Shown one piece after another: positions 11,800-22,545 of a stretch of DNA of 23,274 bases. The position numbers were made by a program, and so were the translations under genes. Positions within the stretch are counted from its first letter, which is position 1, and each line of letters starts with the position of its first letter. The notes beneath the pieces were generated by a model. The model was given only the letters and a program-made list of their open reading frames with translations. It was not told the DNA's origin and searched no databases. This DNA is from Octopus sinensis (lineage: Eukaryota), in assembly GCF_006345805.1 (NCBI RefSeq), contig NW_021836637.1, positions 1-23,274 of the forward strand. Direction: 5' to 3'.

Positions 11800-12170
11800 G
11801 ATGGTGTGATATGTTGAAGTGAGCGGGACATGGATTAAAGTGAGGGAAGGTTGCACAACAGAATCTGGCTTACTCTCTCGTCCCTTCCTATGTAATTCCA
11901 GTGGAAGGATGAAGTCAAGAAAACTACAGACAGGTTGCAGTTCACCCTCCACAAAGTTTGCTGGTCCGTTGAGCCTGTCTAGTGGTTTCCTCAGCACACT
12001 CAACTGGTTCACATCCTTAGGTAGACAAGCCCTAGTCCACCAATGGTTAAAGGCCGTTTGCTACCCTTACCAAGGTTTAGCCAGCCTGTGGAAGCCGTGA
12101 GCCTGGGTGTGGATACTGTTGCATGCAGACAGAATTGATGACTCACAGGTCACTGCATATGCCTTTGACA
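11800..12170 (+). mobile_element. Possible 5' region of the same RTE element
   Basis: GGTTTAGCCAGCCTGTGGAAGCCG...GGGTGTGG...GCATGC resembles RTE 5' UTR sequence as I recall it; not verified. Confidence 0.35.
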
Positions 12171-12189
12171 GAGGTACTAATTGACCCAG

Positions 12190-12420
12190 ATATACCTTGC
12201 ACCCTAGGAAAAAGGATTACAAGGGCAAAGAAAGCTTCAATTATGCGGGTCCAGAGTCGGCTTCTTGCCTTCAGACCCAGCAGACAACCATTGCCCGACC
12301 TGTGGCAAAGACTTCCCAGCACGTATCGGACTGGACGACAACTGCCGGACACACCGTTACCCATCTCCTTCTCCCATGTAATGTATTTGGTCATCGTCGA
12401 CAACGACGGAAGAACTAATA
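12190..12420 (+). mobile_element. 3' end of an RTE-clade LINE
   Basis: EKGLQGQRKLQL...HCPTCGKDFPARIGLDDNCRTHR..* (His at 12289, stop 12379-81) matches the RTE C-terminal CPxCxxxFxARIGLxSHxRTH motif. It is followed by a CGTCG-ACAA-CGACG hairpin (12395-12408) and GAACTAATA. Confidence 0.8.
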
Positions 12421-12439
12421 CCTGCCTCTGACTTGCTAT

Positions 12440-12750
12440 TCTCATACGATGAAAAAAGACTCTCTCTCTCTCCTACCTGTCTCTGTCACTCTATTTTCTC
12501 TCTCTCACTGTATATATCTGTCTGTCTGTGTGTCTCTGGCACCGTTGTGTCACCCGTCTCTCTCTTCTTGCTTGTTTGTCTCTCTCTCCCTCTCACTCCC
12601 ACTCTCTCTCTCTTTCTTTCTCCTCTTTCTCTCTCTACCCCTATCTGCCTCCCTCTCTCCCCTTCTCTCATTCTCCCACTCTCTATTTGTCTCCCACTCC
12701 CATTCTATCTCTGTATTTCTCTCTCACTCTCTTTCTTTCTCGTCTTTCTC
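12440..12750 (+). repeat. CT-rich low-complexity tract
   Basis: Direct reading of the sequence. Confidence 0.9.
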
Positions 12751-13040
12751 TTGCTCGATTGAACGGATGGCCGCCTAACTGATTGATTTTTTTTTCGCAT
12801 GATCGGACGGCGACGGTAAGCGGATCGATTTCGAATCACCGTTTGAGCAATTCCACTGAAAGACGGACACACTCGCCAAAATTGGCGGGATGTTTATATT
12901 GTGGCCCACGAAAGAGACGGTTATCTGCGTCAGAGAAGGGGAAGGGAAGTGAATCAACGGTTTGAGTTACACTCGAACATACACACGCAAGAAGCGACCT
13001 TTGCCACTTCGTTTTATTGTCAATGAAGGACGGAAAGAAA
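12740..13040 (+). promoter_or_regulatory. CpG-rich unique island, candidate promoter/first exon
   Basis: Dense CpG; YY1-like ATGGCCGCC (~12767); donor-like CG|GTAAGC (GT at 12816); E2F-like TTGGCGGGA (12882-12890) inside the CGCCAA-AA-TTGGCG inverted pair. Confidence 0.3.
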
Positions 13041-13207
13041 AATTTGACCCAAACGAGAGAATTTAATTAACTACATTAAGGGAGGTAATACTTCTTATTC
13101 TACAAGAGTTATTGCCCTTGAACTGTTAACTTAAAGTTTCATCTTAAGGGTGATGACAACCAGTAGAGCAGCTGTGTATGTATGTGTGTGCATATATATA
13201 TACATAG

Positions 13208-13960
13208 ACGTAAGAGTGGCTGTGTGGTAAGTAGCTTGCTAACCAACCACATGGTTCTGGGTTCAGTCCCACTGCGTGGCATCTTGGGCAAGTGTCTTCT
13301 GCTATAGCCTCAGGCCAACCAATGCCTTGTGAGTGGATTTGGTAGACGGAAACTGAAAGAAGCCTGTCGTATATATGTATATAGACTTAGGGGTGGCTGT
13401 GTGGTAAGTAGCTTGCTAACAAACCACATGGTTCTGGGTTCAGTCCCACTGCGTGGCATCTTGGGCAAGTGTCTTCTGCTATAGCCTCAGGCCAACCAAT
13501 GCCTTGTGAGTGGATTTGGTAGACGGAAACTGAAAGAAGCCTGTCGTATATATTGTATATAGATTAGGGGTGGCTGTGTGGTAAGTAGCTTGCTTACCAA
13601 CCACATGGTTCCGGGTTCAGTCCCACTGCGTGGCACCTTGGGCAAGTGTTCTGCTTAAGCCTCAGGCCAACCAATGCCTTGTGAGTGGATTTGGTAGACG
13701 GAAACTGAAAGAAGCCTGTCGTATATATGTAATGCATATGTGTATATGTTTATATGCCTGTGTTTGTCCCTCTAGCATTGCTTGACAACCTATGCTGGTG
13801 TGTTTACGTCCCCGTCACTTAGCGGTTCGGCAAAAGAGACTGATAGAATAAGTACTAGGCTTACAAAGAATAAGCCCCGGGGTCGATTTGCTCGACTAAA
13901 GGCGGTGCTCCAGCATGGTCGCAGTCAAACGACTGAAACAAGTAAGAGAATAAGAAGAGA
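13208..13960 (+). mobile_element. tRNA-derived SINE with three tandem 177-bp heads and one 3' tail
   Basis: GTGGCTGTGTGG (A box) at 13216, 13393 and 13570, each followed by the B box GGTTCAGTCCC. A single tail (GCTTGACAACC...GACTGAAACAAGTAAG) follows at about 13780-13950. Confidence 0.92.
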
Positions 13961-13969
13961 AAGAAAGAA

Positions 13970-13972
13970 ATG

Positions 13973-14004
<32 letters not shown>

Positions 14005-14007
14005 GTT

Positions 14008-14047
<40 letters not shown>

Positions 14048-14147
14048 TATAAACATATGCATAGATATATACATACATATATAAAAACATACACACACAC
14101 TCAAACATATACATATATATATACAGACGTCAGAGAGAGAGAAAGAG

Positions 14148-14198
<51 letters not shown>

Positions 14199-14215
14199 AG
14201 AGAGAGCGAGAAAGA
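13970..14215. repeat. (CA)n/(TA)n/(GATA)n/(GA)n microsatellite cluster
   Basis: Direct reading of the sequence. Confidence 0.95.
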
Positions 14216-14536
14216 GAGATTGAACAGATCTCAAGAGATTCTCAATGTAGAAAACACTTAGCAGCTACCAAACAGATTCAACTTCGACTCGGAAAGCTTT
14301 ACCGACGACCAAGTCCCCGACATGAAGAGTGGCTGCAACAGAAATCCATGGATACACGGAGATAAAGACAAAGCAGAGAGTGGAACATCCTCAATCTTTG
14401 CTTCCTCTCTGCTAACATCTATCCATTGATATTTATTTTATATATCAATCCCAAGAAGTTTCACATGTTTATTTGCCTCATTCTCTCACTCTTTGTCTCT
14501 CTTTCTCTCTTTGTATCTGTGTTTGTCTCCATTATG

Positions 14537-14679
14537 TAGCGGTTCGGCAAAAGACATCCGATAGAATAAGACGTAGGCTAAAGAAAAATTGCCGGAGTAA
14601 TTTATTTTGGGTTAAATCTTTACAAATTGTTGCTCCAGCATGATTGCAGTTTAATAACTGACTCAGGAAAAACAAAAGA
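14537..14679 (+). mobile_element. Degenerate SINE 3' fragment followed by (TACA)n
   Basis: TAGCGGTTCGGCAAAAGA..GATAGAATAAG...GCTCCAGCATG matches the tail at 13820-13945. Confidence 0.8.
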
Positions 14680-14770
14680 TATGCACACATACATACATAC
14701 ATACATACATACATACATACATACATGCATAACATACATACATGCATACATACATACATACATACATACA

Positions 14771-14801
<31 letters not shown>

Positions 14802-14890
14802 GTGTGTGTGTGTATGTATGTGTGTGTGTGTGTGTGTGCCTCTATGTGTATATATATGTATGTATGTATGTGTGTGTATATATATATATA

Positions 14891-15180
14891 ACAACGTCAC
14901 CGTGACCAATCAGACTGTCAGATGTTGCTACACCTCGCTGGTCACAATGCGATTCATATTGGTTTAGCCTTCAAATGACGCCACCCCGCCGCTAACAGAA
15001 GAAAGACTGAGATGAAGTTGTGACGAAAGATTACAGCGGGGATCGCCACCCCGACCCCTGCCGGACCCTTGTGGAACTTTTAGGTGTTTTCGCTCGAGAA
15101 ACACTCACACAGCCTGGCCTGGGAATCGAAACGGCGATTCTACAACTACGAGTCCGTTGCCCTAACCACTGGGCCATTGC
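14891..15180 (-). mobile_element. tRNA-derived SINE of a second family
   Basis: The minus strand begins GCAATGGCCCAGTGGTTAGGGC (A box) followed by GTTTCGATTCCC (B box). The tail assignment is from family recognition. Confidence 0.75.
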
Positions 15181-15200
15181 CCAGTATATATATATATATA

Positions 15201-15225
15201 CTGAAAGACGCCTGTCGTATATATG

Positions 15226-15273
<48 letters not shown>

Positions 15274-15493
15274 TGTGTGTGTGTGTATATGTTTGTGTGT
15301 CTGTGTTTGTCCTCCTAGAATTGCTTGACAACCGATTCTGGTGTGTTTACGTCACCGTCACATAGCGGTTCGGCAAAGGAGACCGATAGAATAAGTACTG
15401 GGCTTACAAAAGAATAAGTCCCGGGGTCGAGTTGCTCGATTAAAGGCGGTGCTCCAGCATGGCCGCAGTCAAATGACTGAAACAAGTAAAAGA
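15201..15493 (+). mobile_element. 5'-truncated SINE, same family as 13208-13960
   Basis: CTGAAAGACGCCTGTCGTATAT, then a microsatellite, then the full tail to GACTGAAACAAGTAAAAGAG. Confidence 0.9.
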
Positions 15494-15534
15494 GTATATA
15501 TATTTATATATATATATATAAACATATATATATG

Positions 15535-15565
<31 letters not shown>

Positions 15566-15609
15566 ATATATATGAATGTATATATATATATACATATATA
15601 TATGTATGA

Positions 15610-15648
<39 letters not shown>

Positions 15649-15649
<1 letters not shown>

Positions 15650-15850
15650 GGAGTAAACACATAAATGTGAAACAAGGTGGAAAAAAGAGTACTCAAATAC
15701 CAGTGGTAGAGTAGTATGCTTTATTTAAAGCAGCAGAAAATAGGCTGGATAGAATTGACATATCGGTTCCATTCTAGCAAAACTGGCCGATGAACGGCAA
15801 CGGGAAACTCAGAGTAACAGGTTTTGTTGAATTCTCTGCTGCTTTAAATA
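15649..15850. mobile_element. Penelope-like pLTR fragment pair in inverted arrangement, inserted in (TA)n
   Basis: 20-bp inverted arms at 15722-15741 and 15831-15850 (19/20 match) flank an HHR fold; AATAAA lies on the minus strand of the left part. Confidence 0.65.
15778..15826 (+). ncRNA. Minimal type I hammerhead ribozyme (variant core CCGAUGA)
   Basis: CAAAACTGG-CCGATGA-A-CG-GCAA-CG-G-GAA-ACTC-A-GAGT-A-ACAGGTTTTG. Stem III is ACTC/GAGT, stem I is imperfect, and the predicted cut is after A15816. Confidence 0.65.
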
Positions 15851-15857
15851 GAGTACA

Positions 15858-15926
<69 letters not shown>

Positions 15927-16055
15927 AATATATATATATATATATATATAATATATATATATATACACATACACACATACATACACACACAGACATATAC
16001 ACACATACATACATACATACATATATATATATATATATGTATGTATATATATATA

Positions 16056-16152
<97 letters not shown>

Positions 16153-16558
16153 CGCCCTTTGAAGCTGTTATCGAACAGAATATCCTTGATTATGGCCGGT
16201 CAACATTTCCTTTAGATACACGTCAAGTATTTCACTCGACTATATTGACAGTATAAGCAATGAACAGTCCGAAGTCACATAATGCCTTTAGTAATGCAGC
16301 TAAAAATACAATCTTGGTCATTTTGGTGGTCAAAAATACGCTGAAACAAGCAAAGAATTAAAAAATTTGAAACGATAAAACTTCTTATTTATGTTATTTA
16401 CATTTGACGGATATTCCGTCGTCAGTGACCACGTGTATGCAGGAAGTTCCAGACAGAGTATTCACAGAACATAAAAGAATAAATCAGATGACAGAAGATT
16501 AAAGACAAAAGAATAAAAATTTTAAATCTATAGAGAGATATAGATATTAAATATATAT

Positions 16559-16687
16559 CTTTCGGTTTCCGTCTAACAAATCCACTCACAAGGCTTTGGT
16601 CGGAAACGATGCTATAGCAAAAGACACTTGTCGAAATTGTCATGTTGTGGGACTGAACCTAGAACCATATGGTTGGTTTGCAAGCTA
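16559..16687 (-). mobile_element. Degenerate SINE head
   Basis: The reverse complement matches the 177-bp head (GGTTCAGTCCCAC...GCCTTGTGAGTGGATTTG..AGACGGAAAC). Confidence 0.85.
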
Positions 16688-16742
16688 ATTATACATACAC
16701 ATATATATACATACATTACATATACACACACACACATATATA

Positions 16743-16775
<33 letters not shown>

Positions 16776-16990
16776 CAAACATACACATAAATTACATACA
16801 TACGCACACACGTATATAAATATATATATATGTATACATACATACATATATATATATGCATACATACACATATATATGCATGCATACATACACAAATATA
16901 TTTCATATATATATTCATGTATGTATATATACATACTTATTTTACACACATATACACACACACACATATATTTATATATATATATATATT

Positions 16991-17350
16991 TCTTTTATTC
17001 GTTTCAGTCATATAACTGCGACCATACTGGAGTCCGCCTACAGTCGAACAAATCGACCCCAGGACTAATTTTTGTAAGCCTATTACTTATTCTATCTTCT
17101 ATCTTTTGCCGGACCGCTATATTTTGGAGACGGAAACACACCAACATCGGTTGTCAAGCGATAGTGGGGGCACAAGCACAGACACACAATCATATACATA
17201 CATAAATATACGAAGGCTTCTTTCAGTTTCCATCTACCAAATCCGCTCAAAAAGCTTTATTCGGGCCGAGGATATAGTAGAAGACACTTCCCTGCTCTGC
17301 CATGCTGAACCCAAAAGCATGTGATTGGTTAGATAGCTACTTACCACACA
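16991..17350 (-). mobile_element. Full-length diverged SINE, same family as 13208-13960
   Basis: Head at 17350-17210, linker, and tail at 17180-16991, all in reverse complement. Confidence 0.85.
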
Positions 17351-17479
17351 TCCAATATGTGCGTATATATATATAGATATATATGTATATATATATATAT
17401 ATTTTAATTTTTTAATTTTTTATTTTTATTATTATTATTTTTATTTTCCCTTTTCTCTTTTTGTCTCTCTCCCCTTCTC

Positions 17480-17499
17480 CAAACACACAGACACACACA

Positions 17500-17537
<38 letters not shown>

Positions 17538-17561
17538 AAAAAAAACACACAGACACACACA

Positions 17562-17599
<38 letters not shown>

Positions 17600-17827
17600 A
17601 AAAAACACACACAGACACACAGAGACACACACACACACACACACCTCCACAGAATGATCATAGAAAGTGTGACCCCAAATGACATTTGCCAGGCCAACCT
17701 ATGCACAACACACACTCAGTGACATTGAAATGGACAGCCAAAGTTCTTATAAAACCACAGGGGGTCCAGCAGACCAACGGAAATAACACTTCTTCACTCT
17801 CAGATATAAATGCGCACACACACACAC

Positions 17828-17883
<56 letters not shown>

Positions 17884-17885
17884 AC
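17480..17885. repeat. (CA)n tracts, the first with an internal duplicated block
   Basis: GCACACAAAAAAAACACACAGACACAC occurs twice at 17530-17620; a second (CA)n tract lies at about 17815-17885. Confidence 0.9.
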
Positions 17886-18125
17886 ATATTTTCTCTCTGT
17901 CTCACTTCCTCCTCACCCACTACTACGAAACTATAAAAAGGTTCAAACTACCCACAACTGATTTGATTTGAAAACCCACTAGAATGGGAGCAAGCGCTAA
18001 TCCGAATGATATGATATATATGTAAAAAATGTAATATATAAATAAATATCTACAAATATGAACCATCTGATCTGATTACCTCATTTTTCTAATATATAAT
18101 ACCTGTACATCATCTCCAAACCTTC

Positions 18126-18214
<89 letters not shown>

Positions 18215-18242
18215 TATATGTATATATATATATATATTATAT

Positions 18243-18274
<32 letters not shown>

Positions 18275-18294
18275 ATATATTATATATATATATA

Positions 18295-18481
18295 TGTAGG
18301 TCCCGGGTTGATCCGGGGTTAACCACAGTAAGTAAGGTACTCAATACATAGCAGAGTAAAATTAATTTATTATATAGAAGGAGCTTCTACAGGACTAGTA
18401 CTGTTTCATTCAAGAGAAATCTTCCTGAAGATTTCTCTTGAATGAAACAGTACTAGTCCTGTAGAAGCTCCTTCTATATAA

Positions 18482-18486
<5 letters not shown>
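18295..18486. mobile_element. Penelope-like pLTR fragment with a perfect 60-bp fold-back
   Basis: Arms at 18365-18424 and 18427-18486 are exact reverse complements around a 2-nt spacer (CT). Both sides are flanked by (TA)n. Confidence 0.75.
18421..18467 (+). ncRNA. Type I hammerhead ribozyme
   Basis: CTTC-CTGAAGA-T-TTC-TCTT-GAA-T-GAA-ACAG-TACTAGTC-CTGT-A-GAAG. All three stems pair and the predicted cut is after A18463. Confidence 0.75.
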
Positions 18487-18512
<26 letters not shown>

Positions 18513-18581
18513 GTATAAAAGTATATCTATATATATATTATATATATATATGTATATAAGTATATCTATATATATATATAT

Positions 18582-18626
<45 letters not shown>

Positions 18627-18842
18627 GCATATATATATATATAATATGTTAAATGCTGCGGTTTTCACCGTTAATACATGGTGTTTGTCAATTTTAACCC
18701 ACGCTGGTGGAAAGGGGAGAGCAGAAATTCTTCGCTTGCATATTCGGATTTGATAGCACTTTTAGTTCGAGCAGAATTCTAGAGGTGATAAGAAGCCGAA
18801 AGGGTATGCTCCCAACTTTCAGTGTTCCCAAATACGATTCAA

Positions 18843-18910
18843 GGAATTCTGAGCTGACGAAAGAAATGTCGAATTGACTAAATCTAGAAACGTACGTTCT
18901 CAAATAACCT
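18843..18910 (+). ncRNA. Type I hammerhead ribozyme, copy A
   Basis: TGAG-CTGACGA(18854-60)-stem II (AGA/TCT, GTC/GAC)-GAA-AC-GTAC-GT-T-CTCA. Stem III is the palindrome AACGTACGTT and the predicted cut is after T18898. Confidence 0.75.
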
Positions 18911-19400
18911 TTGCACTTGATTTTTTTAATGTTTTTTCCCCCATACCTTTGTGAGTTGGTTTAGACAAACACTATCTGAGAGAGATCTTCTTTAAGTATT
19001 AGAAATAGCTGAAGAAATTTCTTTAGCTGCTATTTCTAATGAGTTCAGTATGTGGCAAAGTAATTTATTTTACTAAGCCCTTATATATAATGTAATATTT
19101 TGAATTCGCCTAAAATGGTCCCTTTACATACTGAATACTTGGTGAAATTGATTAATAATTAATTAATTTTACCCTCAATTGTTGAAATTATAATTCATCT
19201 CTCTCTGTTAAATGCTGCGGTTTTCACCGTTAATACATGGTGTTTGTCAATTTTAACCCACGCTGGTGGAAAGGGGAGAGCAGAAATTCTTCGCTTGCAT
19301 ATTCGGATTTGATAGCACTTTTAGTTCGAGCAGAGTTCTAGAGGTGATAAGAAACCGAAAGGGTATGCTCCCAACTTTCAGTGTTCCCATATACGATTCA

Positions 19401-19468
19401 AGGTATTCTGAGCTGACGAATGAAATGTCGAATTGACTAATCTAGAAACGTACGTTCTCAAATAACCT
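19401..19468 (+). ncRNA. Type I hammerhead ribozyme, copy B
   Basis: CTGACGA at 19413-19, GAAA at 19445-48, the same palindromic stem III; predicted cut after T19456. Confidence 0.72.
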
Positions 19469-19674
19469 TTGCACTTGATTTTTTAATGTTTTTTCCCCCA
19501 TACCTTTGTGAGTTGGTTTAGGCAAAAACTATCTGAGAGAGATCTTCTTTAAGTATTAGAAATAGCTGAAGAAATTTCTTTAGCTGCTATTTCTAATGAG
19601 TTCAGTATGTGGCAAAGTAATTTATTTTACTAAGCTCTTATATATAATGTTATATATATGTATATATATATATG

Positions 19675-19740
<66 letters not shown>

Positions 19741-19744
19741 TATA

Positions 19745-19807
<63 letters not shown>

Positions 19808-19809
19808 TG

Positions 19810-20234
19810 TAACCATTTAGGAATGGCCTGTTAAGGCCATTCGTCCACTAGACAGAGCAGCCATAACTCCAACCGCCAAGTAATGTAATTCGGAAATAGG
19901 TGAAAAATTAAAAACGTTTACCCTAATTCATCTTTTAGACGATGCATCGTTTCTGCGTTTTTAATGATAGACCAGCTTAATTAAATTAAATTAAGCTAAT
20001 CTACCATAGGTCACGCTTCGTCAGTAAAGAAACCTTTGGCTTAATTAGCTTAATTTAATTTAATTAAGCTGGTCTATCATTAAAAACGCAGAAACGATGC
20101 ATCGTCTAAAAGATGAATTAGGGTAAACGTTTTTAATTTTTCACCTTTTTCCGAATTACATTACTTGGCGGTTGGAGTTATGGCTGCTCTGTCTAGTGGA
20201 CGAATGACCTGTTAAGGCCATTCCTAAATTGTTA
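19810..20234. mobile_element. 191-bp inverted repeat pair with a 43-bp spacer; Penelope-like pLTR structure
   Basis: Arms at 19810-20000 and 20044-20234 differ at 3 point positions plus the inverted 6-nt loop. The left flank is (TA)n. Confidence 0.8.
19931..20030 (-). ncRNA. Type I hammerhead ribozyme with an extended stem II
   Basis: Minus strand: TCTTTA-CTGACGA(20024-18)-A-GCGT...19-bp hairpin...ACGC-A-GAA-ACGAT-GC-ATCGT-C-TAAAAGA. The predicted GUC cut lies between 19938 and 19937. Confidence 0.8.
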
Positions 20235-20338
20235 TATATTTACATTTTAGTCTCATGACTATTTTTCTTTTCCACTGGGCCGCTGGTAGTGATAAATTTT
20301 TATCGAATTTTTTACTACTCTAAATTGATTAATATATA

Positions 20339-20387
<49 letters not shown>

Positions 20388-20414
20388 CATGCATACATAC
20401 ATACATAAATACAT

Positions 20415-20464
<50 letters not shown>

Positions 20465-20655
20465 GTAAAGAGTGAGTGAGGAATAGAGAAAGTGAAAAAA
20501 AGCCATATATACAAGTCCCAAATTGATGTTGTGGGAGTTTGCTAGTTTATTACTTCGACCCCGATATGAACCTGTTTCTTATTTTATCGACACTAAAACG
20601 TTAAAAGTGAATGTTAGCATTGGCACAATTCGAACAGGCTGAACAAGATGTATAG

Positions 20656-21045
20656 TTCTACAATAGGCACAAGGCGTGAAATTTGGGCGGGGAACAAGTC
20701 GAACTCATCGACCTTCAGTGTTTGACTGGTACTTAATTTATCGTCCCCGAAATGATGAAAGGCAAAGTCGACCTCGGCTGAATTAGAACTCATTACCTAT
20801 CGACGGGCGAAATATCTGTTTCTTTATTAGCCACAAGGGAATAAACATAGAGGGGACAAACAAGGACAGACAAACGGATTACGTCGATTAATCGACCCCA
20901 GTGCGTCACTGGTACTTAATTTATCGACCCCGAAATGATGAAAGGCAAAGTTGACCTCGGTGGAATTTGAACTCAGTTCTTAGCGACGAACGAAATACGG
21001 CTAAGCATTTCGCGCGGGGCACTAACGTTTCTACTAGCTTGCCAC
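20656..21045 (-). mobile_element. Two stacked tRNA-derived SINEs of a third family (a more decayed copy may lie at about 20520-20640)
   Basis: CTGGTACTTAATTTATCG.CCCCGAAATGATGAAAGGCAAAGT.GACCTCGG occurs twice. The minus-strand head reads GTGGCAAGCTAGTAG...GAGTTCAAATTCC. Confidence 0.85.
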
Positions 21046-21459
21046 ATCTGGGTAGGCACGATATAGCAGTAATTGTTGGTCTGAGTCACCTGCGTGTTTA
21101 TCTGTGTTAGTTTGTGTGTGTGTGTGTGTATGTGTGTGTGTGGTGTGTGTGTGTGTGTGTTAAGAATGTTGAAACTGAGTCACACTTGACTTACATTAAC
21201 GACTGCAGCCTCTTAGTCAAAAATCAGGTCAGACATTTTATATACATGTAAGCAGCTTTCGTCAACGTCATCATCATAATCGTCATCATCATTATTGTCA
21301 AGTCTATACACGCACGCGCACTATTACATGTCTGCATTTGTATGTATAGATGTATCAGTAGGTATATATTGGACATACATTATATATAATGTATATAATA
21401 ATATATATATATATAATATATATAATACTACTATATCTATCTATCCGTATAACCACACG

Positions 21460-21472
21460 TACGTAAATGTAT

Positions 21473-21560
<88 letters not shown>

Positions 21561-21667
21561 ATGTGTGTGTGTTTGTGTGTGTGTGCGTGTGTATCCATTT
21601 ATGCATGTCTGTTTGCATATATGTAGAGATATATTTACAAATATCTATTCATGTATCTGTGTGCATG

Positions 21668-21730
<63 letters not shown>

Positions 21731-21790
21731 GGACAGAGAGAGAAAGAGTGGGAGAGAGAGAGAAAGAGAGAGAGAGAGAGTGAGTGAGTT
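21460..21790. repeat. (TA)n/(TG)n/(GA)n microsatellite cluster
   Basis: Direct reading of the sequence. Confidence 0.95.
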
Positions 21791-21974
21791 GTGGTTCAAC
21801 AAGGCACCAATGTTTATTAGAAATAGCAGTCAGTATAAATGTGACACTATCGTAAAGCTTCAGGGTTTTTGAACTGGCAAAGACGTTTGAGGGCAAAGAA
21901 CGTAAAAAAAAATAATTCGCCTTGCTTCAAGGAATAGCAGTAAATAAATTGACATCCCCCAGAATTGAATGTAT

Positions 21975-22016
<42 letters not shown>

Positions 22017-22036
22017 TATATATATATATATATATC

Positions 22037-22069
<33 letters not shown>

Positions 22070-22113
22070 GTATATATATATATATAATATATATATATAA
22101 TATATCTATATAA

Positions 22114-22175
<62 letters not shown>

Positions 22176-22324
22176 ATAAAAAATATATAAAGATATATAT
22201 ACATATGTATGAATACATATATATATACATGAATTATAGAAGTGATATTTTCATGAACTATACTCGTGATATACCCTCCAGCGTTCATCAGGTGTCTTAA
22301 TCACTATGCCATATGCCCACGGGA

Positions 22325-22395
22325 ATATGGCATAGTGGGTAATGGCGCGGGCTACTAAACCCAACATTCCGACTTCGATTCCAGGCAGTGACATG
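22325..22395 (+). mobile_element. tRNA-derived SINE-type head
   Basis: A box TGGCATAGTGG at 22328-38 and B box-like GACTTCGATTCC at 22371-82, directly followed by (AAT)n. Confidence 0.75.

Positions 22396-22545
<150 letters not shown>

Larger units (their letters stand above)
18648..19650 (+). mobile_element. 1.8 tandem copies of a 559-bp HHR-bearing unit (PLE pLTR or retrozyme-like)
   Basis: GTTAAATGCTGCGG at 18648 and 19207; the copies are nearly identical and the whole is bounded by (TA)n. Confidence 0.8.

Noticed and set aside
16385-16415. Possible fragment of the 22.6-kb family tail
   Set aside because: The in-window support is only a 12-bp AT-rich match.
18694-18903. 69-aa ORF as a PLE GIY-YIG remnant
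   Set aside because: It has no recognisable GIY-YIG or RT motif and would need a profile search to support.
13208-22395. tRNA genes at the A/B-box motifs
   Set aside because: No complete cloverleaf or acceptor stem is evident, and each continues into a SINE body or a microsatellite.
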